Below are positions 8,794-17,799 of a stretch of DNA of 32,789 nucleotides, piece after piece. Every line of letters starts with the position of its first letter. Positions within the stretch are counted from its first letter, which is position 1. The notes under the pieces are model-generated. The model had not been told where the DNA came from. It saw nothing but the letters and a program-made list of their open reading frames with translations, and did no database searches. The translations under genes and the position numbers were made by a program. The stretch is taken from the sequence record SRR31156797_4759; one strand, written 5' to 3'.

Positions 8794-9069
8794 ATGACCA
8801 GAAATGATTTCGACAACAGTTTAAACGTATCGGCTGAATGTTATTACAATGGCGACCATTTTACCGGTGATTATCTCATGAACGGTTGTATCAGGTGGCT
8901 GTCATTCTCACCGATGACTAAAGAGCAGATACAATTTGTCAATAATCAGGTTGCTATGATTAATACTATCCGCAAATCAGAAAACTACACCAGATTGGCT
9001 GATTTTCTTAGTTACGAACTGCTATTGGATTTTCCAAATTTGGATAGTTTGATTGGTAAAGCAGAATAG
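8794..9069 (+). CDS. Hypothetical helical protein abutting maf
   Basis: ATG directly follows the maf TAG in frame; ENYTRLADFLSYELL motif. Confidence 0.65.
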   Translation: MTRNDFDNSLNVSAECYYNGDHFTGDYLMNGCIRWLSFSPMTKEQIQFVNNQVAMINTIRKSENYTRLADFLSYELLLDFPNLDSLIGKAE

Positions 9070-9094
9070 TTCACAGAGTTTCGGAGTGTAGGAA

Positions 9095-10276
9095 ATGTTA
9101 AGTTTAATCGGTCGAGAACAGGCTTTATTCAATCATGATATTGGTGATCATGAAGATGAATTGAAGCGTATTGTTTCTCAGTCCAAATTTTTGGTTCTTG
9201 GCGGAGCTGGTTCTATAGGTCAGTCTGTGACTAAAGAAATATTCAAACGCCAACCGCTTAAACTGCACGTTGTCGATATAAGTGAAAATAATTTAGTGGA
9301 ATTGGTTCGTGATATTCGTAGCTCATTCGGTTATATCAATGGTGATTTTCAAACCTTTGCACTTGATATCGGTTCATTAGAGTATGATGCCTTTATCAAG
9401 GCAGACGGTCAGTTTGACTATGTGCTTAATCTATCGGCCTTAAAGCATGTTCGTAGTGAGAAAGACCCTTTCACTTTAATGCGCATGATTGATGTGAATA
9501 TCTTCAATACGGATAAAACACTCCAACAGTCGATCGATGCTGGCACCAAAAAGTATTTCTGCGTATCAACCGATAAGGCAGCAAACCCTGTCAATATGAT
9601 GGGTGCTTCAAAGCGCATTATGGAGATGTTCCTTATGCGTAGGAGTAAACAAATGACGATCTCCACAGCCCGTTTTGCCAATGTGGCTTTTTCTGATGGT
9701 TCTCTGCTGCACGGGTTTAATCAACGTCTTCAAAAACGTCAGCCTATAGTTGCTCCAAACGATATCAAACGATACTTCGTAACACCGCAAGAGTCAGGTG
9801 AGTTGTGTTTGATGTCTTGTATCTTTGGTGAAAATCGCGATGTTTTTTTCCCAAAATTGAATAAAGCACTTCATCTGATCTCATTTGCTGATGTTGCCGT
9901 AAAGTATTTAGAGCAATTGGGTTATGAGCCTTATTTATGCAGCAGCGAAGATGAAGCGAGGCAATTGGCAAAAACGTTGCCTGAGCAAGGGAAATGGCCA
10001 TGCTTGTTTACATCAAGTGATACCACGGGAGAAAAAGACTTTGAGGAGTTCTTTACTGATAAAGAACTTCTGGATATGTCTCGTTTTCAAAGTTTAGGCG
10101 TCATAAAGAATGAAGCTTGGTTTGATGCGGAACGATTATCTTTGTTTGAGCAAACGATCAATGACATGAAAGATAAGCGGCAATGGACTAAACAGCAGAT
10201 TGTTGAACTGTTTTTCACCATGATTCCAGATTTTGGTCATAAAGAAACAGGCAAATACCTAGACGGTAAAATGTAG
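9095..10276 (+). CDS. legB: NDP-GlcNAc 4,6-dehydratase (LegB/LgaA type)
   Basis: GGAGSIG, LSALKHVRSEKDP, STDKAANPVNMMGASKR, RFANVAFSDGSL. Confidence 0.9.
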   Translation: MLSLIGREQALFNHDIGDHEDELKRIVSQSKFLVLGGAGSIGQSVTKEIFKRQPLKLHVVDISENNLVELVRDIRSSFGYINGDFQTFALDIGSLEYDAFIKADGQFDYVLNLSALKHVRSEKDPFTLMRMIDVNIFNTDKTLQQSIDAGTKKYFCVSTDKAANPVNMMGASKRIMEMFLMRRSKQMTISTARFANVAFSDGSLLHGFNQRLQKRQPIVAPNDIKRYFVTPQESGELCLMSCIFGENRDVFFPKLNKALHLISFADVAVKYLEQLGYEPYLCSSEDEARQLAKTLPEQGKWPCLFTSSDTTGEKDFEEFFTDKELLDMSRFQSLGVIKNEAWFDAERLSLFEQTINDMKDKRQWTKQQIVELFFTMIPDFGHKETGKYLDGKM

Positions 10277-10293
10277 TTGAGGGGTGTAAAGTC

Positions 10294-11445
10294 ATGAAAG
10301 CATCATCCATTGTTGAGTTGGTTCGTGATACTTATCAGACACGAGAGTTCATTCCTCTGCATGCACCTTCGTTTTCTGGCAATGAGAAATCTTATGTCAT
10401 GGAAACCCTTGATAGTACTTATGTATCCAGTGTCGGTAAGTTTGTTGATCAGTTTGAACTACAAGTAGAGAGCTATACAAACTGTGCCAAAGCGGTTGCC
10501 ACCGTAAATGGTTCTGCAGCGTTGCACGCAGCTTTACATATGGTCGGAGTCGGGCGTTGTGATTTAGTTATCACTCAGGCACTGACTTTTGTTGCAACTT
10601 GCAATGCGATCTACCATATGGGGGCAGAGCCGATATTTGTCGATGTGTCTCCAATAAGCTTAGGTTTGTGCCCCAAAGCGGTTGAGATCTATTTATTAGA
10701 ATATGCGGAGCTAAGAGAAGAAGGTTGTTTCCACAAAACGACAGGGCAACGTATTAAAGCGGTTGTCCCTATGCATACCTTTGGTCACCCAACGGAAATG
10801 GATGAACTCATCGCAGTTTGTTTAGCTTGGAAACTATCATTGGTTGAAGATGCCGCTGAAAGTTTAGGTTCTTTTTATAAAGGAAAACACACAGGTACGT
10901 TAGGTGACTTCGGTGCAATCAGCTTTAATGGCAACAAGATCATCACAACTGGCGGCGGTGGCATGGTGCTTTGTAATACTAAGGAGTCAGGACTACGTGT
11001 TAAACATGTGACGACCACGGCGAAAGTTCCTCACCCTTATGAGTTTTTCCATGATGAACCAGGCTTTAACTATCGTATGCCGAATATTAATGCAGCGCTA
11101 GGTTGTGGGCAAATGGAAGTACTTGAGTCTTATCTTTCTCAGAAAAGACGGTTGGCACATCTGTATCAAGCATTTTTCAATGGTACAGATGTTAAGTTTG
11201 TTTCTGAGCCTGATTATGCGCAATCCAACTATTGGCTCAATGCGATCATTTGTCCTGATGCTGACGTCCGTGACAGCATTTTAAGTGAGACTAATGCTGC
11301 TGGTGTAATGACTCGACCTATATGGAAGTTAATGCACCGTTTGCCTATGTTTAAAAATGTACTTTGTGGTGATTTAAGTTACTCCGAATTTATTGAAGCC
11401 CATGTGGTCAATTTACCGAGTTCACCAATAGAAATTAGCCATTAA
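10294..11445 (+). CDS. legC: LegC-family PLP-dependent aminotransferase
   Basis: FIPLHAP, EDAAESLGS, SFNGNKIITTGGGG, NYRMPNINAALG. Confidence 0.92.
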   Translation: MKASSIVELVRDTYQTREFIPLHAPSFSGNEKSYVMETLDSTYVSSVGKFVDQFELQVESYTNCAKAVATVNGSAALHAALHMVGVGRCDLVITQALTFVATCNAIYHMGAEPIFVDVSPISLGLCPKAVEIYLLEYAELREEGCFHKTTGQRIKAVVPMHTFGHPTEMDELIAVCLAWKLSLVEDAAESLGSFYKGKHTGTLGDFGAISFNGNKIITTGGGGMVLCNTKESGLRVKHVTTTAKVPHPYEFFHDEPGFNYRMPNINAALGCGQMEVLESYLSQKRRLAHLYQAFFNGTDVKFVSEPDYAQSNYWLNAIICPDADVRDSILSETNAAGVMTRPIWKLMHRLPMFKNVLCGDLSYSEFIEAHVVNLPSSPIEISH

Positions 11446-11461
11446 AATTGGATATGGGATA

Positions 11462-12637
11462 GTGATGTATAATCAAACGCGAGTCGCCGTTTTTACTGGC
11501 ACAAGAGCAGAGTATGGTCTGCTCTTTTGGCTTTTAAAAGATATTCAAGACGATCCAAATCTCCAGCTCCAATTATTAGTTTCAGGTATGCACCTTTCTC
11601 CTGAATTTGGCGAAACCTATAAGCAAATAGAGGAAGATGGTTTCAATATCGACGAGAAAGTTGAAATGCTTCTTTCTTCCGATTCCGCAGTTGGTACAGC
11701 CAAAAGTATCGGTCTTGGAGTGCTAGGGTTTGCTGATGCGTTAGCGAGATTAAAGCCAAATATCATCGTGATACTGGGTGACCGTTTTGAAGCGTTAGCA
11801 GCCGCACAAACTGCGATGATCTTACGCATTCCTATTTTTCACCTCCATGGAGGGGAGATCACCGAAGGTGCTTATGATGATGCGATACGTCATGCCATTA
11901 CCAAATTGAGCTATTTACACGGAACATCAACAGAGCAATACCGCCAACGTGTTATTCAATTAGGTGAGCACCCTTCGAGAGTTAAAAATATTGGAGCCAT
12001 TGGTCTCGACCATCTTGCTCGCAGTGAACTTATGTCTGTTGGTGAACTAGCGGAGTCATTAGACTTTAAATTAACTCAACCTTACTTTTTGGTGACTTAT
12101 CATCCCGTAACTTTGGGGAAAGAGCCTTCCGAAAAAAGCTTCCAAGCTTTGCTTGATGCACTTGATGAGTACCCTGAGCATCAAGTCATCCTGACTTATC
12201 CAAATGCTGATGACGGTGGTCGACGCATTGTTCCTATGCTAGAGCAGTATGCTGCTCAGCGTGCAAAAAGGGTCATTGCTATTTCGTCATTGGGGCAGGT
12301 TCGATATTTAAGCGCGGTGAAACACGCAAATGTAGTGATAGGAAACTCTTCCAGTGGAATCATTGAAGTTCCCGCTTTTGATGTCCCAACAGTAAATATT
12401 GGTTTACGTCAAAAAGGTCGACTCGCGGCAAAGAGTGTCATTCATGCTGAAGCTGAACAAAGCGCAATTTCTAGTGCTATTCAAGTAGCGTTGAGCCGCT
12501 CTTATCAAGTACAAGGTGAAGCCATAGTCAACCCATATGGGCGGGGTGACAGTGGCTCTCAAGTGATTGAAATGATTAAGTCCATAGACTTAAATGAATG
12601 TAAAACGTTTTATGATGTGATAACAAGAGACGAATAA
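11462..12637 (+). CDS. neuC: Hydrolysing NDP-sugar 2-epimerase (NeuC/LegG)
   Basis: TGTRAEYGL, LGDRFE, HGGE, GNSSSGIIE; start GTG 11462 or ATG 11465. Confidence 0.92.
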   Translation: MMYNQTRVAVFTGTRAEYGLLFWLLKDIQDDPNLQLQLLVSGMHLSPEFGETYKQIEEDGFNIDEKVEMLLSSDSAVGTAKSIGLGVLGFADALARLKPNIIVILGDRFEALAAAQTAMILRIPIFHLHGGEITEGAYDDAIRHAITKLSYLHGTSTEQYRQRVIQLGEHPSRVKNIGAIGLDHLARSELMSVGELAESLDFKLTQPYFLVTYHPVTLGKEPSEKSFQALLDALDEYPEHQVILTYPNADDGGRRIVPMLEQYAAQRAKRVIAISSLGQVRYLSAVKHANVVIGNSSSGIIEVPAFDVPTVNIGLRQKGRLAAKSVIHAEAEQSAISSAIQVALSRSYQVQGEAIVNPYGRGDSGSQVIEMIKSIDLNECKTFYDVITRDE

Positions 12638-13710
12638 TGACCTTAATCATCGCTGAAGCTGGCGTTAATCATAATGGGAAAGAAGAGCTGGCATTTCGAC
12701 TTGTTGATGCAGCTTATAAAGCTGGTGCTGACATTGTTAAATTTCAGACATTCAAAGCAAAGAACTTAGTAACCGAATATGCGCCTCAAGCCGATTATCA
12801 AGTGGTTAACACTCAAAAGAAGCAATCACAGTTTGAGATGCTGTCTCGTTTAGAGCTTTCTTATGAAGTACACCATAAATTAGTGGCGTATTGTGAAGAG
12901 TTAGGAATAGAGTTTCTTTCTACAGCCTTTGATTCAGAAAGCTTAGATTTTTTAGTTAATGATTTGGGTTTAACACGTTTAAAACTGCCTTCCGGTGAGC
13001 TAACCAATGCGCCTTTAGTGCTTGAGCATGCGAGAACTGGCTGTGATTTGATTGTATCTACTGGTATGGCGACACTCTCTGAAATTGAAATGGCACTCGG
13101 TGTGATTGCATTTGGCTACATCACTTCTGAAGATCGTGAGCCTTCTTTGACCGCATTTCAGGAGGCTTATTCTTCAACAGAAGGTCAACAAGCAATCAAA
13201 GAAAAAGTCACTCTTTTACATTGTACTACGGAATATCCTGCCCCTCTTAATGAAATCAACTTAAGGGCAATGGACACCCTAGCTAAGGCTTTTGATTTAC
13301 CTGCTGGTTATTCAGATCATAGTGAGGGAGTGACCATCCCTGTTGCTGCGGTTGCTCGTGGCGCTGTGGTAATTGAAAAACACTTCACCTTAGATAAGTT
13401 AATGGAAGGCCCCGACCATAAAGCGTCTCTCGACCCTGTTGAGCTCTCAGCTATGGTGAGTGCTATTCGCCAAGTCGAAGCCGCTTTAGGCTCATCGGTG
13501 AAAACACCAACAGTGGCAGAAGTGAAAAATAAGCAAGTTGCCCGAAAAAGTTTAGTGGCAGCAAAGCAAATTAAGCGAGGTGAAACCCTAACAGAGAGTC
13601 ACCTTGTCACTAAACGTCCAGGATCAGGTAAGTCACCATACTGCTATTGGGAAATGCTAGGGAAAACTGCTCAGAAGGATTACTCAGCGGGTGATTTAAT
13701 TGATGAGTAA
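12637..13710 (+). CDS. neuB: Nonulosonic acid synthase (NeuB/LegI)
   Basis: IIAEAGVNHNG, LHCTTEYP, GYSDHS, IEKHFTLD, GPDHKASL, C-terminal SAF/AFP-like domain. Confidence 0.95.
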   Translation: MTLIIAEAGVNHNGKEELAFRLVDAAYKAGADIVKFQTFKAKNLVTEYAPQADYQVVNTQKKQSQFEMLSRLELSYEVHHKLVAYCEELGIEFLSTAFDSESLDFLVNDLGLTRLKLPSGELTNAPLVLEHARTGCDLIVSTGMATLSEIEMALGVIAFGYITSEDREPSLTAFQEAYSSTEGQQAIKEKVTLLHCTTEYPAPLNEINLRAMDTLAKAFDLPAGYSDHSEGVTIPVAAVARGAVVIEKHFTLDKLMEGPDHKASLDPVELSAMVSAIRQVEAALGSSVKTPTVAEVKNKQVARKSLVAAKQIKRGETLTESHLVTKRPGSGKSPYCYWEMLGKTAQKDYSAGDLIDE

Positions 13711-14353
13711 CTCACAGCTTTTGCCTCTCGTCTTTATTGGTGGAGGGGGGCACGCTTCTGTTTTAGCCGATATCTTGTTAGCACAAGGCAGAGAGATTCT
13801 TGCTGTTGTCAGTCCTGACGACATTACCCACAGAACTATTTTTAGGAATATTCCTCGCCTTAAAGAGGACAAGGATGCATTGAGGTTCAAGCCTAATGAC
13901 GTTTTACTTGTCAACGGTATTGGAATGATGCCGAACTCGACTTTAAAGAGGTCGACTAATGAATATTTTGAATCACAGGGTTATCGATTTGAAACTGTGA
14001 TTTCTGACAGTGCTGTTGTATCTCCTTTTGCCACGATAGCAGAAGGCGCGCAGATATTTCCTAAGTCCACTGTCAATACGGGTGCTTGTATAGGAAAACA
14101 CACCATTATTAATAGCTGTGCACTAGTCGAACATGATTGTGAAGTAGGTGCATACAACCATATTGCTCCCAATGCGGTTCTTTGTGGCCAAGTGAAAACT
14201 GAGGAAAATGTTTTCGTTGGAGCGAGTGCAACAATTATTCAAAATTTGCAGATTTCTCATTCATCAGTCGTGGGTGCTGGTGCAACCGTTACTGAATCAC
14301 TGATTGCAAAATCTATTGTGTATTCAACGAGGGGGACTGCAAAGACGTATTGA
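13703..14353 (+). CDS. neuD: NeuD/PglD-family hexapeptide-repeat acyltransferase (LegH/LgaE position)
   Basis: IGGGGHASV, VEHDC.VG..NHIAP; start overlaps neuB stop. Confidence 0.88.
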   Translation: MSNSQLLPLVFIGGGGHASVLADILLAQGREILAVVSPDDITHRTIFRNIPRLKEDKDALRFKPNDVLLVNGIGMMPNSTLKRSTNEYFESQGYRFETVISDSAVVSPFATIAEGAQIFPKSTVNTGACIGKHTIINSCALVEHDCEVGAYNHIAPNAVLCGQVKTEENVFVGASATIIQNLQISHSSVVGAGATVTESLIAKSIVYSTRGTAKTY

Positions 14354-14371
14354 GTGAAATAAAGGTGTGAG

Positions 14372-15436
14372 ATGAGTCATAGCTGGCAAAAAACGCTAGT
14401 TTCTGAGCATAGTACAATTAAACAAGCATTAGAAATTATTAATACTGAAGCCATGAGAGTGGCAGTTGCTGTGAGTGCAGAAAAGAAGCTTGTGGGCATG
14501 ATCAGCGATGGCGATATTCGCCGAGGATTACTGCGAGATCTTTCACTTAACGATTCAGTCTCTCAAGTCATGAACCGTCAACCTATCAGTGCTAAGTTTG
14601 GTACGACTAAAGAGCAACTGATTGCTCTCATGAAGAAACGACAAATCCTTTCTGTGCCGCTAGTTGATGATGATAGTCGTGTGGTTGGACTTGAAACCTT
14701 ACATGGTGCCTTAAGTAAACAACAATACAATAACCCTGTATTCCTAATGGCTGGTGGTTTTGGCACACGTCTGCGCCCATTAACGGATAAATGCCCTAAG
14801 CCGATGTTAAAAATTGGTGGTCAACCGATTTTAGAAACCGTCATCAAGAGCTTTATTAAAGCGGGTTTTAACAATTTCTATATTTCTACCCATTACATGC
14901 CTGAGCTTATTCATCGCCACTTTGGTGATGGTTCTAAGCTTGGTGTCTCAATTCAATATGTACATGAAGAGCAGCCTCTTGGTACCGGGGGGGCGTTAGG
15001 ACTTTTACCGAAAGACTTACCTGAAGACCTACCTTTAATCATGATGAATAGTGACCTTCTGACCCAGGTTGATTTCCAAAGCTTATTGAAATTTCATTTA
15101 AGCAACGATGCAGATGCAACCATGTGCGTTAGAGAGTATGACTATCAAATACCTTACGGTGTCATAAACGGTGAGGGGAGTCGTATTACCAGTATGGTTG
15201 AAAAACCAGTACAACGATTTTTTGTTAACGCAGGTATTTATGTTGTTTCGCCTCGAGTTATTCGTTCTGTTCAAACAAACCAAAGAATCGATATGCCGAC
15301 GCTTTTGGAACAACATATGGCTGAACGAGGCCGAGTCTTAATGTTCCCTATTCATGAATATTGGTTGGATATCGGCCGTATGGACGATTTTAATCGTGCA
15401 CAAACTGATATTCATAGCTTAGGTATGTGTTCATGA
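14372..15436 (+). CDS. ptmE: CBS-domain nucleotidyltransferase (PtmE/LgaF type)
   Basis: N-terminal CBS pair (SDGDIRRGLL), MAGGFGTRLRPLT..PKPML, YWLDIGR. Confidence 0.88.
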   Translation: MSHSWQKTLVSEHSTIKQALEIINTEAMRVAVAVSAEKKLVGMISDGDIRRGLLRDLSLNDSVSQVMNRQPISAKFGTTKEQLIALMKKRQILSVPLVDDDSRVVGLETLHGALSKQQYNNPVFLMAGGFGTRLRPLTDKCPKPMLKIGGQPILETVIKSFIKAGFNNFYISTHYMPELIHRHFGDGSKLGVSIQYVHEEQPLGTGGALGLLPKDLPEDLPLIMMNSDLLTQVDFQSLLKFHLSNDADATMCVREYDYQIPYGVINGEGSRITSMVEKPVQRFFVNAGIYVVSPRVIRSVQTNQRIDMPTLLEQHMAERGRVLMFPIHEYWLDIGRMDDFNRAQTDIHSLGMCS

Positions 15437-16125
15437 TTAGTGACAAACAAGTTTTAGCGTTGATCCCAGCAAGAGGTGGCAGTAAGCGCCTGCCTCGTAA
15501 AAATGTTCGACTGTTGAATGGAAAGCCCCTGATTGGTTGGTCTATCGATGCGGCTAAGAAAAGCAAGTACATTGATGATGTGTTTGTCAGTACAGACGAC
15601 CAAGAAATTGCGGATGTTGCTTGGGAGTATGGTATTGATATTCCTGAACTACGTTGTGCAGATCTAGCCTCTGATTCTGCTACTACAGAGAGTGTGCTTG
15701 TTGATGTACTGGATCGCTATGCTTCAAAGGTTGATATTGTTGTACTACTCCAGCCAACATCGCCTCTTCGTTCAAATGTTCATATTGATGAAGCTCTGGA
15801 ACTGTTTATGAGCAGGAGTGCACACTCAGTCGTATCTGTGACTCCGTGTGAGCATTCACCTCTATGGAGCAATACTTTGCCTGAAGATGGCTCGATGGGG
15901 AGTTTTATACGACCAGAAGCTTTACGACGCTCACAAGACCTCCCGAGCTATTACCGTTTGAATGGTGCGATATACATATTTGATGTGAAGCATTTCATGC
16001 AAATTAAACGCATTCAGTACACGTCGAAGTCGTTCTCATATGTTATGGATAACCATGTATCGTTGGATATTGATCATCAAATCGATTTTGATATGGCGGA
16101 GTTTCTCATGCACAAAGCCAACTAG
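15433..16125 (+). CDS. neuA: Acylneuraminate cytidylyltransferase (NeuA/LegF)
   Basis: IPARGGSKRLPRKN, LLQPTSPLR, NGAIY, DID; ATGA overlap with ptmE stop (alternative start 15427). Confidence 0.93.
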   Translation: MISDKQVLALIPARGGSKRLPRKNVRLLNGKPLIGWSIDAAKKSKYIDDVFVSTDDQEIADVAWEYGIDIPELRCADLASDSATTESVLVDVLDRYASKVDIVVLLQPTSPLRSNVHIDEALELFMSRSAHSVVSVTPCEHSPLWSNTLPEDGSMGSFIRPEALRRSQDLPSYYRLNGAIYIFDVKHFMQIKRIQYTSKSFSYVMDNHVSLDIDHQIDFDMAEFLMHKAN

Positions 16126-16146
16126 GTTATTTAATTATTGGGATGT

Positions 16147-16175
16147 AAAAAAGGCTCTGCAAATGCAGAACCTTT
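16147..16175 (-). terminator. Terminator between convergent neuA and GGDEF-like gene
   Basis: Minus strand AAAGGTTCTGCA-tt-TGCAGAGCCTTTTTT; may also act on the plus strand. Confidence 0.7.
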
Positions 16176-16191
16176 CCTTTCTTGGCGCCAA

Positions 16192-17547
16192 TTATTTATC
16201 GCTACTGATTTTAAATATTTCATCTTTTGCCATTGAGATAGAGCTATCAATACTCGCGGTGTCTTGAATGTTCGAAATCAGTCTGGTTGCTTTGAGCTTT
16301 AAGCCATGACTTGAGTAGGGCTCTTCGCTCAGGCGGTAGAGGATTTTGTTCAACACGCGCGTTGCGTTTTCTGTCGAGCATTTGGGTAATAAGATGATTA
16401 ACTCATCTTGTGAACCATTCTCTTTGATCAAGTAGTCGCTGGCACGAATAAAAGACCCAATCACTTTTACGATGTGGCTGTGGGCTTGCTGTACCACATT
16501 TAGCTGGGTGGCTTCTTCTAGGCTGTATTTCACTAGTATTAGTGAATTATGTTTGTTGCTGGTAATGACGTCTTCCAAATGGCGTGATTCAGTAATGTCA
16601 TAGTTATAGACAGCGATGTCGTCGTGCAGTTTATTAAACTGAGCATCAACGAAACCTTCTTTTCCTTCCGTCATGTTTCTGGTGATTCTGTCCAGCTCGA
16701 TTTTCATCAAAATTAGATACAGAACGAAGAAGATTACACTTGAATATTGGAACACCAAGTTGGATTTGCTTAACCAAATTTCAACGTACGATACCTTTAA
16801 TCGCAGCATGTTTTTGGCATCGATATTGAAGTCTTGGTGATATTGCAGAGCAGGGATATCACTGTCTGAAAAGCTATAAACGTTCTTGCCGTTGTAATAC
16901 TCTTTTTTGATGTATGTTTGACTATTGAACACGTTACCGACAGGTATATCTGAAATTAAGCTTCCTACGGTTTTCTCATCTTTGACGATAGGGACGGTTA
17001 GGGTTAGCGCTATGCTACCGGATGGATCCTGCAGAATGTCATAAGTGTAGGTGGCGTTAGGTAGGCTAGCGTTATAGTACAACAGGGCGCAATAGTCAGA
17101 TAAATTACAGGTAATCGCCTCTTTATAAGTTTGGTACTCGCTAGGGTTGATACGATAGAACAGCAGATGGCTGTTCACCGATAAGTAGTTCAATCTATTA
17201 AAGTAATCGTTCTTAATTAACGCTGGGCTGTTTTCAAAAAGGTGAGTTAGAGTACTTAGGACATTTCGGTCTGTCGCATCGATTTTTTTATCTTGGTAAA
17301 GACTATCCACATCTTTATTAAGACGAGTAGTGATAGATGCATCCTGCTTGCTCGATAAGTTCTCCATAATGCTTTTTGAAACAATATTCAGTCTGTCTCT
17401 TGAAGCATCAAAAACAGAAACAAAATTGCTAAACGCGTAGATTCTGTCATTGATAATATTCTGTGTCGCAAAGCTTATATGAATGGCACTGAAACCAATA
17501 CCTAAGCAGATGCTTGCTAATAACGTTAGCAGGATTTTTTTCATCAC
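16192..17547 (-). CDS. Membrane sensor protein: TM, periplasmic (Cache/CHASE-like) domain, TM, degenerate GGDEF domain
   Basis: Two hydrophobic helices flank a ~230 aa domain (LTVPIVKDEKTVGSLISDI). IRASDYLIKENGSQDELIILLP corresponds to R.sD...R.GGDEF.illp. Start GTG 17547 or ATG 17544. Confidence 0.72.
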   Translation of the reverse strand: MMKKILLTLLASICLGIGFSAIHISFATQNIINDRIYAFSNFVSVFDASRDRLNIVSKSIMENLSSKQDASITTRLNKDVDSLYQDKKIDATDRNVLSTLTHLFENSPALIKNDYFNRLNYLSVNSHLLFYRINPSEYQTYKEAITCNLSDYCALLYYNASLPNATYTYDILQDPSGSIALTLTVPIVKDEKTVGSLISDIPVGNVFNSQTYIKKEYYNGKNVYSFSDSDIPALQYHQDFNIDAKNMLRLKVSYVEIWLSKSNLVFQYSSVIFFVLYLILMKIELDRITRNMTEGKEGFVDAQFNKLHDDIAVYNYDITESRHLEDVITSNKHNSLILVKYSLEEATQLNVVQQAHSHIVKVIGSFIRASDYLIKENGSQDELIILLPKCSTENATRVLNKILYRLSEEPYSSHGLKLKATRLISNIQDTASIDSSISMAKDEIFKISSDK

Positions 17548-17674
17548 TCTTACTCGAATGGGTTAATCGTATAAAACTCAACTCGGCATTGTAGAGCTGT
17601 GGGTTTTTGGCTGTATGTAGGATTAGTCTGTTTGTCTTTGGGGAAAGGCTTGTTCGTTGGTTTGTGTTCCACTA

Positions 17675-17687
17675 TGAATTTTTTTAA
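17675..17687 (+). promoter_or_regulatory. Putative MetR binding site
   Basis: TGAATTTTTTTAA vs consensus TGAA-N5-TTCA, upstream of metE. Confidence 0.5.
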
Positions 17688-17741
17688 TAAACAAGTTGAA
17701 CATTTGTCGATTGTTTCATTAAGGGATAAAGGTGATATTTT

Positions 17742-17757
17742 AGCCATCCAGACATCT
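17742..17757 (+). promoter_or_regulatory. Tandem MetJ boxes
   Basis: AGCCATCC (5/8) followed by AGACATCT (7/8) vs AGACGTCT. Confidence 0.8.
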
Positions 17758-17799
17758 TAATAATATCCGTTGGCTAAATAATAAAAGGAACTCTCACAC

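Noticed and set aside
14987-14993. G7 tract in ptmE (and G6 at 13745-13750 in neuD) as phase-variation switches
   Set aside because: Tracts are short and encode conserved Gly-Gly motifs; both frames are intact.
9095-16125. O-antigen/capsule locus or plain sialic acid pathway
   Set aside because: No wzx, wzy, wzz, kps or standard glycosyltransferases; LegB, LegC and PtmE point to a Leg-type sugar, and Maf points to flagellin as acceptor.
17545-17670. c-di-GMP-I riboswitch upstream of the GGDEF-like gene (CCATTCGAGTAAGAGTG resembles a P2 arm)
   Set aside because: The remaining conserved elements (GCAAA, GGGACGCAAAGC, P3) are absent.
17550-17747. 65-aa minus-strand ORF as a metR remnant
   Set aside because: No LysR HTH similarity; it spans the metE regulatory region and is probably spurious.
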